The notes under the pieces were generated by a model. That model did not search any database. It was not told where the DNA came from and saw only the letters and a list, made by a program, of their open reading frames with translations. Shown here piece by piece: positions 11,475 through 26,994 of a stretch of 64,000 bases of DNA. Both the position numbers and the translations under genes were made by a program. The stretch is taken from contig OZ024740.1 of NCBI GenBank assembly GCA_964016885.1, forward strand, positions 194,494,001 through 194,558,000. The letters are read 5' to 3'. The number at the start of each line of letters is the position of its first letter. Position 1 is the stretch's first letter. Origin of the DNA: Eledone cirrhosa. Lineage: Eukaryota.

Positions 11475-14400
11475 TCAATTAGTATACTGTATACATATTT
11501 GTAGAAACATACTACACCCAAAGAAATGCCTCTTTCATCTCAAAAATATTACCGGTAACTTCACTAAACCCTAGTTCAGTTTTACATGCAAGCTAACTAA
11601 CATTTTATCCTTCATGCCCAAATTTGACCATATCTCTAGAATACAATAGGTATCAAATTAGTCACTTTAAAACCTTAGATACCGCTTTTTACCGTGTATG
11701 AACATAAATAAATAATATAACAATTATGCTCTCTTCCCAATTGAGCACTGCTTTTCTTTTACATATTCACACCTACCGATATTGCTAAATATACATATAA
11801 ATATATGTGTGCGTGCGTGCGTGCGTGCGTGTGTGTGTGTGTGTGCGCGCGTGCGTGCGTGCGTGTGTGTGGGGGGGGGGGGTCTGTGTGTGTGTGTGTC
11901 TCTGTGTGCGTGTGTGTGTGTGTGTGCAGAACACGTAATCGTCTAATGTAGAAAATATTGTAAATATTGTAGTTCATAACTGTTGTATCGAACACAGAAT
12001 CATTATACTTTTAACTTGTTCAAACCGGTTCTAAATTATCAAGTGAATATTGGTTAAGATTCGGAAGCTATTTAAAATAGAATAAGTTTCTTTTTTTTCT
12101 TACATGATCTAATTTCTTTTTACAAGTTTGCAACAGATAATAGATAGCTGTTATCAACTGCTTATTTCTTTACCCTTTCAAATATATTGCAGAACACTGA
12201 AAAAAACATTATTTCTCAGACTAAAAAGTTGAAGATACAAAGAAAAATACTGCAAATGTTAAAAATTACATGAACGAAAGAAAAATATAAACAAGTTTTC
12301 TCCGAGAAATTTTTCCTAGATAAAAGAAAAATAATATATAATGAAGAATATTCCTTTCAAATTGTTTCCATGCCATTTTATTGCAACGGAATAGAATACA
12401 AGTTTTATTGAAATACCAAACTTGCCTAAAAGTATGTCGTGTTGGACTGAGACTCAAATGCAGAATTATTGATAAAAATTATACTGGTAATATTTGAAAT
12501 GTATTTTTTGAAGTTGCTATCGTTTTTTTTTTGTTTTGTTTTTTGTTTGTTTTTTTTGTTTTTGTTTTTAGATAACGTTAGTAAAAGAAATATATTTAAA
12601 TAATAAGAGGAAAAAGGAAAAATAACATAAAAGAGGGCAATGATCTGCTTGTTTTCAATGTGTAGCAAGCAATTATTCAAAACTTATATTTTTTTTATAA
12701 ACGTATCTGAATTTTTGTATATTTAATAGCCAGAAAAATGTGGATTTTCTTTCAGACTTTATTATTTATATGAAGGATTACATGTTTTCAATGTATATAT
12801 AGAATTTTTTTTTTCTTAAAATAGTTGAATCATGCCCCAGAAATATCGCACTATTTCTCTGGTATGGTTTTCAATGCCACTTGTCAATCGATAGCGACCA
12901 AAGGAAAAGCTCTATCAGTCTGCAACAACTGCATGGTTTCCATTTATGTTTGTTCTCAATATTTCACTTATCCTGTTAGATGTATTTTATGAATGAATGT
13001 TTGAATATAACTTACAAATACATGCATTCTCCAGCATTGACAACACACAACAGATCGCATGTTAGTCAGTATACAACATATCACGTTCATTGCATTTCAC
13101 TCTAGCCTCATTGGATTATTTACATTCAGTACTTAGGTAACATAGACAGTCACCATCACACTGTTTGTACATACTCACCTTTCACACTGTCTACAAAGCC
13201 AGGTCCTTGAAATTCTTCCAGTTCTTCCTTAATCGTGAGCTATGTTCTTGGTTCAACAATTGTGTTATATCTAAGTGAACAGAATGTACACACAATGTCT
13301 AGTGAGCCGTCGGATGGTTCATGAATATGTATATATAGTCAACTTAATAATGGTGCACTCAGATGTAAAGACAAGCTTAAGTACAATCTTCAATCTGTGA
13401 ACATACTTCTTACTTCTGTTGAAGCCCTAGCTGCTGATCGTGGAAAATGAAGAACTGCCTGCCATGAAGGTATAAAAACTTTGAAAAATCTTGTTTGATC
13501 AAACTCCGTGATCTACCATCTAACACCACCAAGATCCGATCACACATTCTATCCCACCCCGCTCAAAATTGTGTCATCTGAACTAAATACGGCTTGGTGT
13601 ACAAAATCAGCAACTGGATTAAATGTCATAAGCAAAAATGAACTGAGAAGACAACTGAACCCTCATATGTCAATGTACGACTGGATTTTCCATCATATAT
13701 ACATGTATACTTTATCAAGACTGAATAATGACTGCAATAATTATACTTTCTTCTATTCGGCACTTTCAATTCTTTTAAACGGTTTTTTAAATTGCTTGAT
13801 TATAGCTATTGGAAGAATTGGCAGATGATAGGTGTGAACGATGTGGAAAGGGAAAATGGAGCCAAACGATTGACAATAGCGGGGAATTTCCATTCCACTC
13901 CCGTCCTATTGACTATCGTTCCATTCCGTACCTCGCTTCATTTAGAAATGTTGACTATCAGAATCATTTATTACAACCGTTTATTAAAATGTTTAAAAAT
14001 ATAATTTCTTCAACCTTATTTTACGATGATATCTAAATAGGATTATTGTTTGCAATTAAAGCTCGTTCTATAGATTTCTGATGCGCAAAGTTAATTCTTT
14101 TCCCTGAATGTGTAACTGAACATCAGCTGCAACACGTATTTACAGAAGTTCAGAACCTTCCGACAGTTTGTATACGCTATAATGATAAGCATGATGAAAA
14201 GTAACAATCCCAAGAATATTTACAAACGTATCATTTTTCCTAATGAATTTTACCGTACACAGAAGTATAGCTATACAAATTTTATGTACGCATATAAAGC
14301 ACCTCATAGCCACATATACGCACACACACATATATAAATATATTTATATATATACACTACACGTATCAAACTTTGCCATGTTTTATGTGTAATTTATTTA

Positions 14401-14507
14401 GAGCATATATATATATATATATATATTTGTGTATGTGTGTGCATGTATATATATGTATATATGTATGTGTGTGTGTGTGTGTGTCTGTGTGTGTGTGTGT
14501 GTGTGTG

Positions 14508-14580
<73 letters not shown>

Positions 14581-17399
14581 TTGCGTGTGTGTGTGTATTC
14601 AGCTGTTTTGGGGTAGTGGTTATGAGTAATGTGCAACCCTTTAATTAACACAATATCTTATGCAGAAGGATATCTGGTGCCAATCTGGTAACTTTCTCAG
14701 ACATTCATTACTTCACATGTAAATGAACTTAGATCAAATTCCCTTGACTTGCATTGACTTACAACTGTTCTCTGGAAGTAGATTGGCCCACGTCCAAACA
14801 TTAGCTGCCAGTTTTCAAATGTATTCATGACATGGCCAATTCTCATTTGAATGATAGGAAAATTGAAGGTTGGAAATATTTATTTATCTATTGATAACTT
14901 CCATAAATTATTTTGATATTATTCGTAATTATCTAATTGATACTAATGGACCATGAACATAGAAAGAGTTTCTGCCTTCTTGTATGCTTTATATTATTTT
15001 TGAATACTTTTATGCATGATATTTGATAAAAGTTCTTATCGATTTTGTTTTAGGGGATAGAATATAGAGGGGTAGATAATTTTGTTGCAAAAGCATTTAT
15101 GGATAAAAAGGTTAAAGTAGCTAATTAGCTGATTAATCTTTTGTGGTTATTTATTTATTTATTATATGAGTAGGATTTCTTGTTTTGGCAATCTAGTAAA
15201 TGTTTCCCATGAGATGATTTTAAATTAATTTCACAATTTAGCAGAAAACGTTTTATATAAAACAGATCCTCGCTTTGTTGTTATTGTTGCTGTTGTTGTT
15301 GATGATGTTGTTGTTTTTGCTGATGATGATGAATATTTTGTCCAGCCTTAGGCTATAATTCAGATGGCAAATATGTGATCAAATGGACGCCAGTCATGTC
15401 GAGTCCACTTTTTGTATTTCAAGGATTACATTGTTCAATGTATTATTCTTTAGTTAAGTCGATAGAGTGTGATTTTAGGTATATATTGGCTGCTATTTAT
15501 AGCAGGGTAATCAACTACATAGAGATTCCCTTGCGTATATTTATGTAGTTCTCAAATGGCTGTATATTTATTGTTATATCTAAATATATGGGTTTTAACA
15601 GTAACTATTCATCATTAGTATTTCTTGGAGTTGAGAATATCATTCGATTGAATTTATGTGTTCTAAAATGATTGTACAAACCAATTATTTATTTATTCTT
15701 ATAGAGCCGCTGAAAAAGTGAGACGTATATTTTAGTATACATGACCCAGTTTGTCTTATGCCCAGTATTACCTACATATTCTCTTGAGAAGTGATACCTG
15801 AGATATATCATCAAATTAGGGTTACCCCACTTAATCGATAGATGATCGGTATTAGCCATTTTGCTACTTAATCCTTATCGGCTTTTTTGTCAATTAATCG
15901 GTTTCGATAACTGACCGTTATCGTTTAAGAGAATTTGAATCACACAGAGAAATTAGGAAGCACGCATTGGATTCAACACAGAAACATGTAATATTTCCTG
16001 GAACACACAAGTTCATGCTCAAACGGGTTAGTCTACACAACTGGAAATTTAATAGGGCTTTCCAGTGGGAATAATTTAACCCTATGCTAGCGGTAATTGA
16101 ACAGATGTATGTTCAAAAGCCTTGCCCATCTTGTCCTTTTGTGGTGGTGTTGGATGTCGTTGTGGCGGAGGTGTTAGATGTTATGGTGGTGGTCGTGTTG
16201 GGCGTGGTGGTTAGGGCAGTGATAGGGGTCATGGTGGATAAGGGCAAATGTATAAATATTTATTGATCAATATTACCAATAACTCTACTATATTTAATAA
16301 CAAATGAAATCATCAGAATTTCTGGAATAAAAGAGTTGTTTGTGCTAAAAGGTGACAATTCAATGAAAAGACAAAAGACGTAAACTAAATTAGCGTATGT
16401 GTGCCATAAGGAAGAGAAATACTAAATGTTGATGTTGTTTATCTCCATTATAAAAGCTAACTGTGTAAATAGTGTTCTGTATGCTTGCAGCGCTGAGGTA
16501 AAATGGGTTAAATTTGAAATATAGCCTCGTATTCTAGCTAGAAGCAGTATTTTCCTATCGAAAGCCTCAGATATTTCTTCACTTCATGTTTCTCGAACAT
16601 ATTTTCAATATTATAATAGCTTAAGGAAAATTTAGATTCTTTCTCTTATTTCAATAACTTTTTTTTTATTTTTAAACAAACTATTTATTTCACGCGAAGA
16701 CAAAATTTCATATGTTTTTTTGCTTCTCTGTTATTGTGTTGTTGTTGTTGTTGCTGTTGTTGTTGTTGTTTAAATTTCCATTTTCCTTTCATTCTGTCAT
16801 TTCATAAACAAAAGAACTAGAGGATAGAATTAACCATTAAACTCATTTCCTCACAAGTTAAAGACACGGTTATTGAAGTGTTTTAGTCCTAAAGCAATGA
16901 AGAATCAAAGAGCTGCTCAAAGTATATTTACTAATAACGTGTATGTGGAATAAATATAGAGATTTAAAGCTATAACATGTCACAATCTCTTTAAAAAACA
17001 ATGTCGCCAGCTTCAATTGACTTGTCATCAAGTTTCTTTCAAATATCAAAAGTTTAAAGAAAAGCTATTAAGTGAGAATACTCAAGACGGCAGCTTGTAC
17101 ATAGGAAAGGACATTATTTTTTTAATGTTTATTCACTCATTGATTGGAGCCGAATACTCAGATCAATAGGTTTTTACAGTCCAACACTTATTTCAAATAC
17201 TTAATAATCTTGAAGCGGGAACCAGTTTCTGCAGTGGTTATTGAAGTCTATTATTGCAAGTATATTATTGGTACTTACGTTATTGATGCTCCTCCCACTC
17301 ATGGTTTAATATTATTATCCCATTCTGTTGTCTTAAGGCACTGACTATCGATTATAGGTTCAGATCTTGCTACATTCATTGTTAGAATCGAACCACTGC

Positions 17400-19650
17400 A
17401 GAAAATACACTTGTTTAAGTTTGTCTGGCCCTATCTGAAAAATAACAAACATAGGACCCACTCAGCTTAACAAAATTCTCATTCTTAACATAGCTTTCTC
17501 CGACAAATAAATAATCCCACCATGTAAGCCTATTTCGCAATACACCGCTTTCGCTATACGCAATACACCGCTTTCTTGTCTAAGAGCACGCGAATGGGCT
17601 CTAACGACGCAGTTTTCGTGCTTCGCGTGCAAGAATTGGGGCTCGTCTATCTTTCTTTCGAACTAGTTCTCCCTCTAGTCTAGTTTTCTTAATTGCTACT
17701 CCTTTACTAAAACTTATCGATTCTACTTTATTTGCCCTTTTCAGGTTGAACCGCCATCTGTTGTTGACGATTGCCCTCGTCAATGCCCGCTTAACTATTT
17801 CAATAGTCCGGTTTTTGTAATCTTCGCGCACTGGGAAGAACGCCTTTAGCTTCCAAATGCCGTATCCCTGACTAAGCAACCAAACAGATCACAAATTTGT
17901 GATCTCTGCAGTCGACATCTTTGAATTGTAGTCACTCTGTGCTAGCCTTATCTTGGTCCCTACGTAATACAATATCTTGATACAATCAACATGGCTCCAT
18001 ATGGTTTGACCACATTAGCACATTCGGAATATCCAGTTGATACCAGTCAGACAACTGAAAATGTCTGAATAAGTTTGCGAAACATTTACACACTCGCTTG
18101 TCTGCTAGTCCCAAACAGTCCCAGCATGCGTCAAAGATACCGATTCGTTCGCCTACTAGCACTAAAGCGTGTGAGGTTCCTAGATATTTTTCAGGCGCCT
18201 GAAGAAATCAGACCATCCTACCCCTGTAAAGGCATTGACAACCATTAACCTAACAGCATTCCCTTCACGGCTGGACACGCCCAGCACCACCAACTAACTT
18301 TCTGGGTTCAGTAAGATGATCCGTGTCGTAAGATCCAAGACTTTTTTGAAACACAGTGACTCAACCTCCAGATGGCTTGGAGATGCGAACACCTCATAGC
18401 CGCTGAAAATGACCTCTTCATCCATGTTCAGTAATCTGAGGTCTTTGAGCAAGTGGCATAGCTTCCGAAACGTACATTTGTTAGATAATGAGGAAGGAAA
18501 GTGACAATGGTTTATTTGGCCTATTCGTGTGAAGGAAGGGATGATGGTTCCCCTCCCGTCCAGTTTAAGGCACTTCCACAGGGATGTCTGAGTATATCCG
18601 TTTCGATAATGTGGCGCGAAAGACTCCAATCCATTGGGGATTTTGGCTTTGTGTGTTAGTTGTGTGATATGTGAGATCTGTTTGTATGTGGGCAATTGAA
18701 TGCTTTGGGGATGATGAAGTTGGTTTCTGTAAATGTAGTGTTGTGCATCAGTTTTAGTTGCTTGTGTTTGTGGCTGTGTAATGTATGAAGTCTGTGTCCT
18801 TTTTTTGGTTTGCGCTTGTTACTGCGGTTGCTGGTTGGATTCTGTTGGAGATGTTGATGGAGCCTCGGGTGTTTATTTTGGTGGTGGAGTTGGTGAGGGA
18901 GAGGTTTCTGTGGGTGTTGGCTTCAGTTGCCTTACCACTTTAACATTTTCCCAAAATTTCGCCCTCTGTTTTGAGGGGAAAGATAGGAAACAACAATCAA
19001 TACCCTCATCACAATCAATATCCATCTGTGTGACGTCGAGGAGGGAAATGCCTTCTATGGGCGTTGATAGTACTTCTGCTGCTGATGGTGCTGTAATTGT
19101 CTCAGCTATTATTATTGTTGTTGTTGCAGCTGTTGGTGTAGTAGTTGTTGGTTGTGTTGCTGCAGTCCCTGATGTTATTATTGTTGCTGCTATAGGTGTG
19201 GCATAATGTTGGTTTTGTTACTTTTGTTGAGGTGTTGGTCTGGTTTCCTATTTTTTGTGATCAGGAATAATTTAAGTGGCTTAAGGCCCCACTCAAATGG
19301 CATCTAAGTCTTTCCCCTTCAATATTAATTCGGATGTCTACCCTGTTCGGCAGCTGTAATAGGTCTAGGACATTTTTTGTTTGGTCTGGCTTCACCTGAA
19401 GCAGAACTCCAGTTTTGTTTCGGAACAATTTTCTCTTTCGCAGCGTTTAACCTCGAATTGACTACGCAGATCAAGATCTACCAGATCTTTACGCTTGGCT
19501 GAACACCCGGTATACTCAGCCTGACAGGTCTCATTCGGAGCTGCGTTGGTTAAAGGACGAACTCCTCACTCCAGCGGGGATCCACTGAATATTTTCGCGC
19601 GATGCCCTCGTGTTTAAAGACCTCCACGCTAGCCAACTTCCTGCTTTTTG
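17400..19650 (-). mobile_element. Decayed L1/Tx1-like LINE (ORF1 remnant, Thr-rich linker, APE endonuclease region)
   Basis: Minus frames read LCHLLKDLRLLNMD..IFSGYEVFASP, DHKFVICL and GYGIWKLKA...AIVNNRW, matching the SDH...GxGxWKLN motif after the APE domain of Tx1/L1. Confidence 0.7.
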
Positions 19651-20412
19651 TTTATGATTCATTTGATAAAACATTAGATAAGTATCAAATTATTATAAAA
19701 TACAATAATTAACGCAAAATATTACATAAAACATTAAAATATTCTGGGTTACTCACCCACATGCAGGTGAGAGCTCACTTGTTATGTCGAGTCAGAACTT
19801 GGAATATTACTGCTCGCCCACCATAGCTTAAATACTTCCTGGAGATCACCTGTGTCATCCACAGTTACTTCTTAGGCGACTTTATCAACTATAAACCCAC
19901 ATCTTCTGGACAAGAGAATTAATCTCTTCGTGTAACCCTCTTATTGTTAGACGTAAAATGCTATCATGGTATCAATCCTTTATTTCAAAGTTCAGCCACA
20001 TTTTGTTTGGGTTTTCCTCTTCCAATTTTTATTTTTTGTTATACAACTCAGCATTCCTAGTTATAATGTAATCATGCTGCTTAACGTTATTTTTCTTTTT
20101 GTTTTCAAAATGATATTTAGTTCCTTCTGATTACTTAGAGATTTATGTCTCAAGAACCATTGGAAATAATTGTACTTTGCTGCATATCGATTAATTCACG
20201 CATTTTCCTCTTTAAATATTCTAGCACTAAAACTGACACTTCTACCTATAATGGCTTCTATATATCCACATAAATATATATAAATATATTCATAATAGAG
20301 TAATATTTAATCAGCAGTTGTATGACACATCTCCTTTCGCACACGCATGTACACGCACAAACACAACGTGTGACCATATATACATACATGCGTAGTGGTG
20401 GTGGTGGCGGGG

Positions 20413-20487
<75 letters not shown>

Positions 20488-20725
20488 ACAATATTATTTA
20501 TAGTTTTATATATATACTATATACAACTATAAACAGGAAAGGTCAGTAATTCATTACTACCTTATTACCAGTAAGAAAATAGCTCAATGTAAATACATCA
20601 GATGTTTTACAGAGCAGGAATATAAATTACACAATAATACACACTAATTAAAACTATGTTCGAAACATTTTATTGCTGACAACATATAGTCACAATTATA
20701 GAGGGACGTAGTCATATGTATATAG

Positions 20726-20885
20726 ATGGCGAATTAGCAGAATCATTAGATCGTCAGATAGAGTGCTTTGCGGTGTTCGTTCTGGTTTCTGCTCTCTAAT
20801 TTCAAACCCTACTGAAGTCAACTTTGCCTTTCATCCATTTCAGGTGGATATAAAAAATATCAGTTTCGGCTCTGGGGTCGATTAT
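20726..20885 (+). mobile_element. tRNA-derived SINE (family S1)
   Basis: tggcgaattagcagaatc...gtcaactttgcctttcatccattcaggtggata. Confidence 0.75.
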
Positions 20886-21144
20886 TCCTCTATATCTCTT
20901 TCTCACTTCCATTAACTCACTCTGTATCCTTATCTGGGAGAAATCTGCTGTATCCAAACCTGGAGATGAAATGAGTTCTTCTAGGTTGAGAAATGTCCTG
21001 GAAACGCCGTATGTCAATATGGTGCCCCAACGATTCCCTCAGAACTTATTGGACCATACATACATTCATATGTGTGTGTACGTGTGTTTGTGTGTGTGCA
21101 TGTGTGCGTTCGTGTGTTTGAATGTATTTTTGTGTGTGTGTGTT

Positions 21145-21177
<33 letters not shown>

Positions 21178-21236
21178 TAATATCTGTATAAATACATGTG
21201 TAACCAACACTGCACCAACGTGTCGAAATATATATA

Positions 21237-22107
21237 CGAGGTGTGTCAAAAACGTTCCAGGACTGATGTCACAAAAGATTTATTTCAAACCCAAACTTCA
21301 CACCAAGAGTTTTCTCCTTCAGTGTAATCCCCCTGGAGTCTAATGCACTTTTCCATCCTTTTCTGCCACGCTTGCATGCACTCCTGGAAGGATTCTTCCG
21401 GGAACCTCCGCAGTTCCGACGTCACGGCCTTTTTGATGTCGTCCACGTCTTCAAAACGGGTCCCCTCCGGGTCGTACTCGAAGATCCATCACCGGTGATG
21501 ACTTTCCCTAGCAAGTCTGGTTCGGTTTCAAGACGCTCGAGGATGTCCTGGCACACTTGCATGCGTCGACCCTTCTGGTCAACGTTCAGCAGTTTTGGCA
21601 CCATCTTCGCGCACACTTTCCGCATGTCCAAATTTTCAATGAGAGTGTCCCAGACGCTGTCCCGATTCATGACCAGCTTATTTGCCATCAGTCGAACAGT
21701 CAGCCGACGATCACTACGCACCATCTGCCTGACGCGCTCAACGTTGACCTCAGTCCTGGTTGTTGAGGGCCTTCCGTTCCTGAGGTCATCTTCCACGTCC
21801 TCACGTCCTTTTTTAAACCTCATCTCCATACACTTGCAGCAGCAATCCCAGTGCTTCTGACGGAGTTTTCCTCAACCGTACCAGAAACTTCAAGTTTGTT
21901 TGTTGCTCAGTGCTCATTGCTTGACGACCTGAAACAGAGGACATGTATATAAAATTATGAAGAAAAAGGTTTGATCGCTGCAGAGAGCTAAGATTACAGT
22001 TACATACACCAGGGGGATTACTTTGAAGGAGAAAACTCTTAGTGTAAAGTTTGGGTTTGAAATAAATCTTTTGTGACATCAGTCCTGGAACTTTTCTGAC
22101 ACACCTC

Positions 22108-22108
<1 letters not shown>
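21237..22108 (-). mobile_element. Internally deleted mariner transposon (872 bp) with 100-bp TIRs and TA TSD
   Basis: ta|cgaggtgtgtca...tgacacacctcg|ta. Transposase remnants MSTEQQTNLKFLVRL, RFKKGREDVEDDLRNGRPST, KVCAKMVPKLL, VITGD. Confidence 0.92.
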
Positions 22109-22143
<35 letters not shown>

Positions 22144-22419
22144 ATATATGTGTGCGTGTGTTTGTGTGTGTGTATTGGTGTATATATGTGCGTGTGTTTT
22201 TGTGTGAGAGTGTGTGCTCGCGCACGTGTGTATGTTATTGATACTGCAATACAATGATAAGATAAATATACAATCATACACATTCATATACATCTATAGT
22301 GACGTATCCGTTTATCTGACTAACGTCAAGTTTCAAATTCGAATAATTTAACTTATATTAATACTCTGTCAAGTCAGGGTTCTCTCTGCTACTGGTACCA
22401 TGTAATCCAGTACAAACTA

Positions 22420-22715
22420 CTTCATGGTCGGGTAGTCGGCAACTAAACCGACTCCCCAAGTACACCCTGGTCAAGTGAGGAGTTTAAGTGGAAGAACAAA
22501 AGCTGTTAAAAGGGTTGATTAACTACTCAGCGTCAACGCTCATACACCCTAAACCATAGGTTAAATAGCTTGACCAACCCGTAATTGGCCAAGTGTGGTG
22601 AGGACCCGTAATTGGCCAAGTGTGGTGAGGAACCCTGAACTAAACCAAACAGAAATCTGTGAAGCTCAACCAGGAAGGGGTTCCTCCAAAAGGGGTAATA
22701 TGATGCTGGATTGAA
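22420..22715 (+). repeat. Interspersed repeat family A, copy 2 (with internal 27-bp tandem duplication)
   Basis: Homologous to 3425-3720; acccgtaattggccaagtgtggtgagg occurs twice in tandem. Confidence 0.7.
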
Positions 22716-22990
22716 TCAGAATACTGGTGATGAAAATTTCATAAGATTTCAAAACATACAAAAGAGCCTAGAACAAAAGAGACAGTGAAATAAGCCAACA
22801 ACACTCAATATCCTGATGATATGAAAGTAGACGAGAAACGTGGACTAGATTATGGATTGAGAAACCTTGTTGCTGCAAACAAACCTCAAAGAAATGATAA
22901 GAATATATGATAAAATTCAGATAAAATAATTTTAAACTTGAACATAGTCGTGTCATCGAAAACACATCTAAAGGAAAAGCATACACACGT

Positions 22991-23022
<32 letters not shown>

Positions 23023-23398
23023 GGTTTGCGTATATGGGTTTGCGTGTGTGTGTGTTTGGCAGAAGAAGACAGGATTTGACCTCAGAACTTACAGAGCCGG
23101 ATCAAATATTGTAGCATATAATCCGGTTCCTTATCGATTCTGTCAATTCACTGAATCATAAACGAAGCTAAATAAACGAAGTAAATATGTTAAAGAAACC
23201 ACTGAACAAGGTCTAAACTAGATTTGTTAAAAAAACTATATTTTATCAGGTTAATTGAGATAGAACTTGCTTTCCAGACATCTGCTGACAAAAACCCTAG
23301 GTTTTAGGTATTACAAAAGACTGCGATAAATACATTTACTTTATTTCAATTATACATACGTTCACGATTACATATGGCTTTATTTTAATTTAATGTGC

Positions 23399-23532
<134 letters not shown>

Positions 23533-24261
23533 TACAAATTAGAGTTTACTGTGAAATATATTTAAAGCTAAATCTGTCTAGTTTCGATGACGATTCCACT
23601 TTAAATAAAGTGGTAAGTTTTGAAATGCACAAGAAATGTGTTTTACTACATGTAACGAAACACTTAATGATTTTTTCCAATTCCAATTTTTCTTAACTTC
23701 TTGGCATTATGATACAGTTATAGCTTTCATTATGTAAAATCTCTTCATTTTACCTCATTTCTCCCCGTTTTGGAACACATTTTTCACGGTACTCCCCGTT
23801 TGGGCTTTTAGTGGTTGGCATTATGGACAATTATTTGTCGTCCTCGCACATATACCTCCACACAATCACTCGAGTATCCTCATCTCATCCATGAGATAAT
23901 GCCAAGGTACTATGGAAATGGGGTTAGCAACAAGATCTCTCCAATGTTATAAGACACATTCAACAAAATTACGTTCGATGATTGAGAACAACAAGTGGTT
24001 GAATCATTGGACGCATTATTTCTATGTCTAGATAAACAATGCAGAGCATTACATAATATAATATAGCATAACATAGCGTCAGATAAATATTAATGGATTT
24101 ATTCGGAGTATTATTCTGAAAGCCTGTAATTTATATTCTACGCAACGCTATTGGATATTTTAATAGTTTGTGAATGTCTGAAAAGTAAGTGAAAACGATA
24201 TTGACTTTTTTTTATTCACTAGCAAAACATATATAAGATAAATAGAAGAAATGTATGCAAT

Positions 24262-24365
<104 letters not shown>

Positions 24366-24446
24366 AATATATATACTTGTGTTTGTTTTGCAAGATTTCT
24401 TATCAGAAAAAGAGTATTGAAACAGATATTGTTATACTTTGCGAAG

Positions 24447-24572
24447 GTCATGCTGCCAATAAAAAACACACGCAGCTGTTAGTTTTCACTTCAATTTATT
24501 ACTAATATCCGGTTGGTATATAAATTGAAGTGAAAACTAACAAGTGCTTGTGTTCTTTATTGGCAGCATGAC
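24447..24572. mobile_element. Small foldback / MITE-like element
   Basis: gtcatgctgccaataaaaaacac...tgttagttttcacttcaattta pairs with taaattgaagtgaaaactaaca...gtgttctttattggcagcatgac. Confidence 0.7.
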
Positions 24573-24892
24573 TCTCCCAACGTACAACAAGATATTTATA
24601 TGTGTGTGTGTGTGTGTATGTGTGTGTGTGTGCGTATGTGTGTGTGTGTGGGTATATGTGTGTGTGCGTATGCGTGTGCATGTGTGTGTGTGTGCGTGTT
24701 TGTGTGTTCGTGTGTGTGTGTTAGTTATGTGGGTACAACAGTTACAGGCGGCGCATAGTTCGAAGCACTCAATGCTGCTACGAGATCCGCTTAATTTGGG
24801 TTGTATTCCACTGTTACGTCTGCAGTGTGCAGAGTGCAAATAGATTTAAAGTGTCGAAGTGAGTGTTGCAGCATATGTACACACTTTATTTG

Positions 24893-24978
24893 CATATTAC
24901 AATTGTTTCGATATTGATCAGCTCAGGGTACAATCGAGATGACGAGTTCGATTCCTTTTCGACATCTCGTCAGATATG
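24893..24978 (-). ncRNA. Type I hammerhead ribozyme with extended stem II
   Basis: Minus: CATAT CTGACGA GATGT...(47 nt)...ATATC GAAAC AATT GTA ATATG. Confidence 0.75.
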
Positions 24979-24992
24979 GGAGCTTTATGTGC

Positions 24993-25200
24993 AGGCGTGT
25001 GGCGGAGTGGTTAGAGAATTGGATTCACAATCTTGAGGTTGTGAGTTCGATTCCTGGACCGGGCGATGCATTATGTTCTTGCGCAAGACACTTTATTTGA
25101 CGTTGTTCCTTCTACCTGGAGTTGCGACCGATAGATAGTACTAGCAACTGGAAAGACCGAGGAAAACATTGTTTCCTCGGTCCGATTTGACGAAATTCGA
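24993..25200 (+). mobile_element. tRNA-derived SINE (family S2)
   Basis: A-box tggcggagtgg, B-box gttcgattcc, then tgttcttgcgcaagacacttt. Relatives at 57415-57690 and 63480-63745. Confidence 0.8.
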
Positions 25201-25868
25201 TCGATCCTTTTTGTGTGCAAAGACACCTCATGGTATATATTGATATATAGTATAGTAAAATAATTGAGTATACACGTGCGTGACTTTGTGTGTGTTTGTT
25301 CTTATACGCGTATGTGTGTGTGTGTTTCTGTTCGAGTAATTGTGTAATTGCATGTGTGAGCGTGTGTATGTGTACTTTCATAAAAAAATGTTTGATGACT
25401 TTTGAAATCGGTTTTCTAAAAAAACTTCTATTTTCAGAATTTGAAACCTTTCTTAGTTATTTGTCATACTTTGTCATACGTTATAGGGAAAGGTGATATT
25501 CAATTGTGGCTGTTGTGTCTTGTTCAGCATGCAAAAAGTGCAAAAGAAATGTAACTGTAATTCATAGGGCCATTTTCGTCACATACAATGCCATGATGAA
25601 TCTCACTGAGAATTTATTTTGTTAAGGGTAATTGTGACTGTGCAAAATTCCGCCACCTACACGTTGATTTAATGGACCGGCTGTAACACTGATCGTTGAA
25701 ACTGTCGGACAACCTTTCAATATGTGTGTGGGTGTGGGTGTACGTTCGCGCGCGCGTGTGTATGTGTGTGTGTGGGGGCACGTGTGTGCGTGTGCAATTA
25801 AATTGAGTATATATGCATATATTGGAAACGGGCATTAGAAGATAGTTGATGATATTTGTATATTTCTG

Positions 25869-26543
<675 letters not shown>

Positions 26544-26656
26544 CTATGAATTTATGAATGTATATATGTATGTTTACGAGCACATGAACGTATACGAACA
26601 TATGTGATTCTGTGTGGTTTACTGTGTGTGGGTGTGTATTTACAACCACCCGTATA

Positions 26657-26754
<98 letters not shown>

Positions 26755-26994
26755 CATATATTATGAAACAAATCATAAATCTTGTGAATATATATTGCTC
26801 TATTATGAATATATTTATATATATTTATGTGTATATACATGAAAGTAGCAATGTCAGTTTTAATACTAGAATATTGAAAAAGAAGAATGTGAAGGAATGG
26901 ATACATAGTAAATTAAAATTCTTATCAACGCTTCGTGAAACAAATTTCCTCCCAAATAGAAGTAAATATCCTCATTTATTATTACGACAGCAAG

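Noticed and set aside
13106-16497. Plus-strand candidate micro-exons (e.g. ~13106-13136, ~15705-15717, ~16491-16497; also acceptors near 29677 and 56353)
   Set aside because: Splice-like signals only, with no coherent reading frame or homology support.
18781-19206. 141-aa Val/Ala/Gly-rich ORF
   Set aside because: Antisense reading of the Thr/Pro-rich linker of the Tx1-like LINE.
24993-25065. tRNA gene
   Set aside because: A and B boxes are present, but the sequence runs into a SINE body and lacks a proper acceptor stem.
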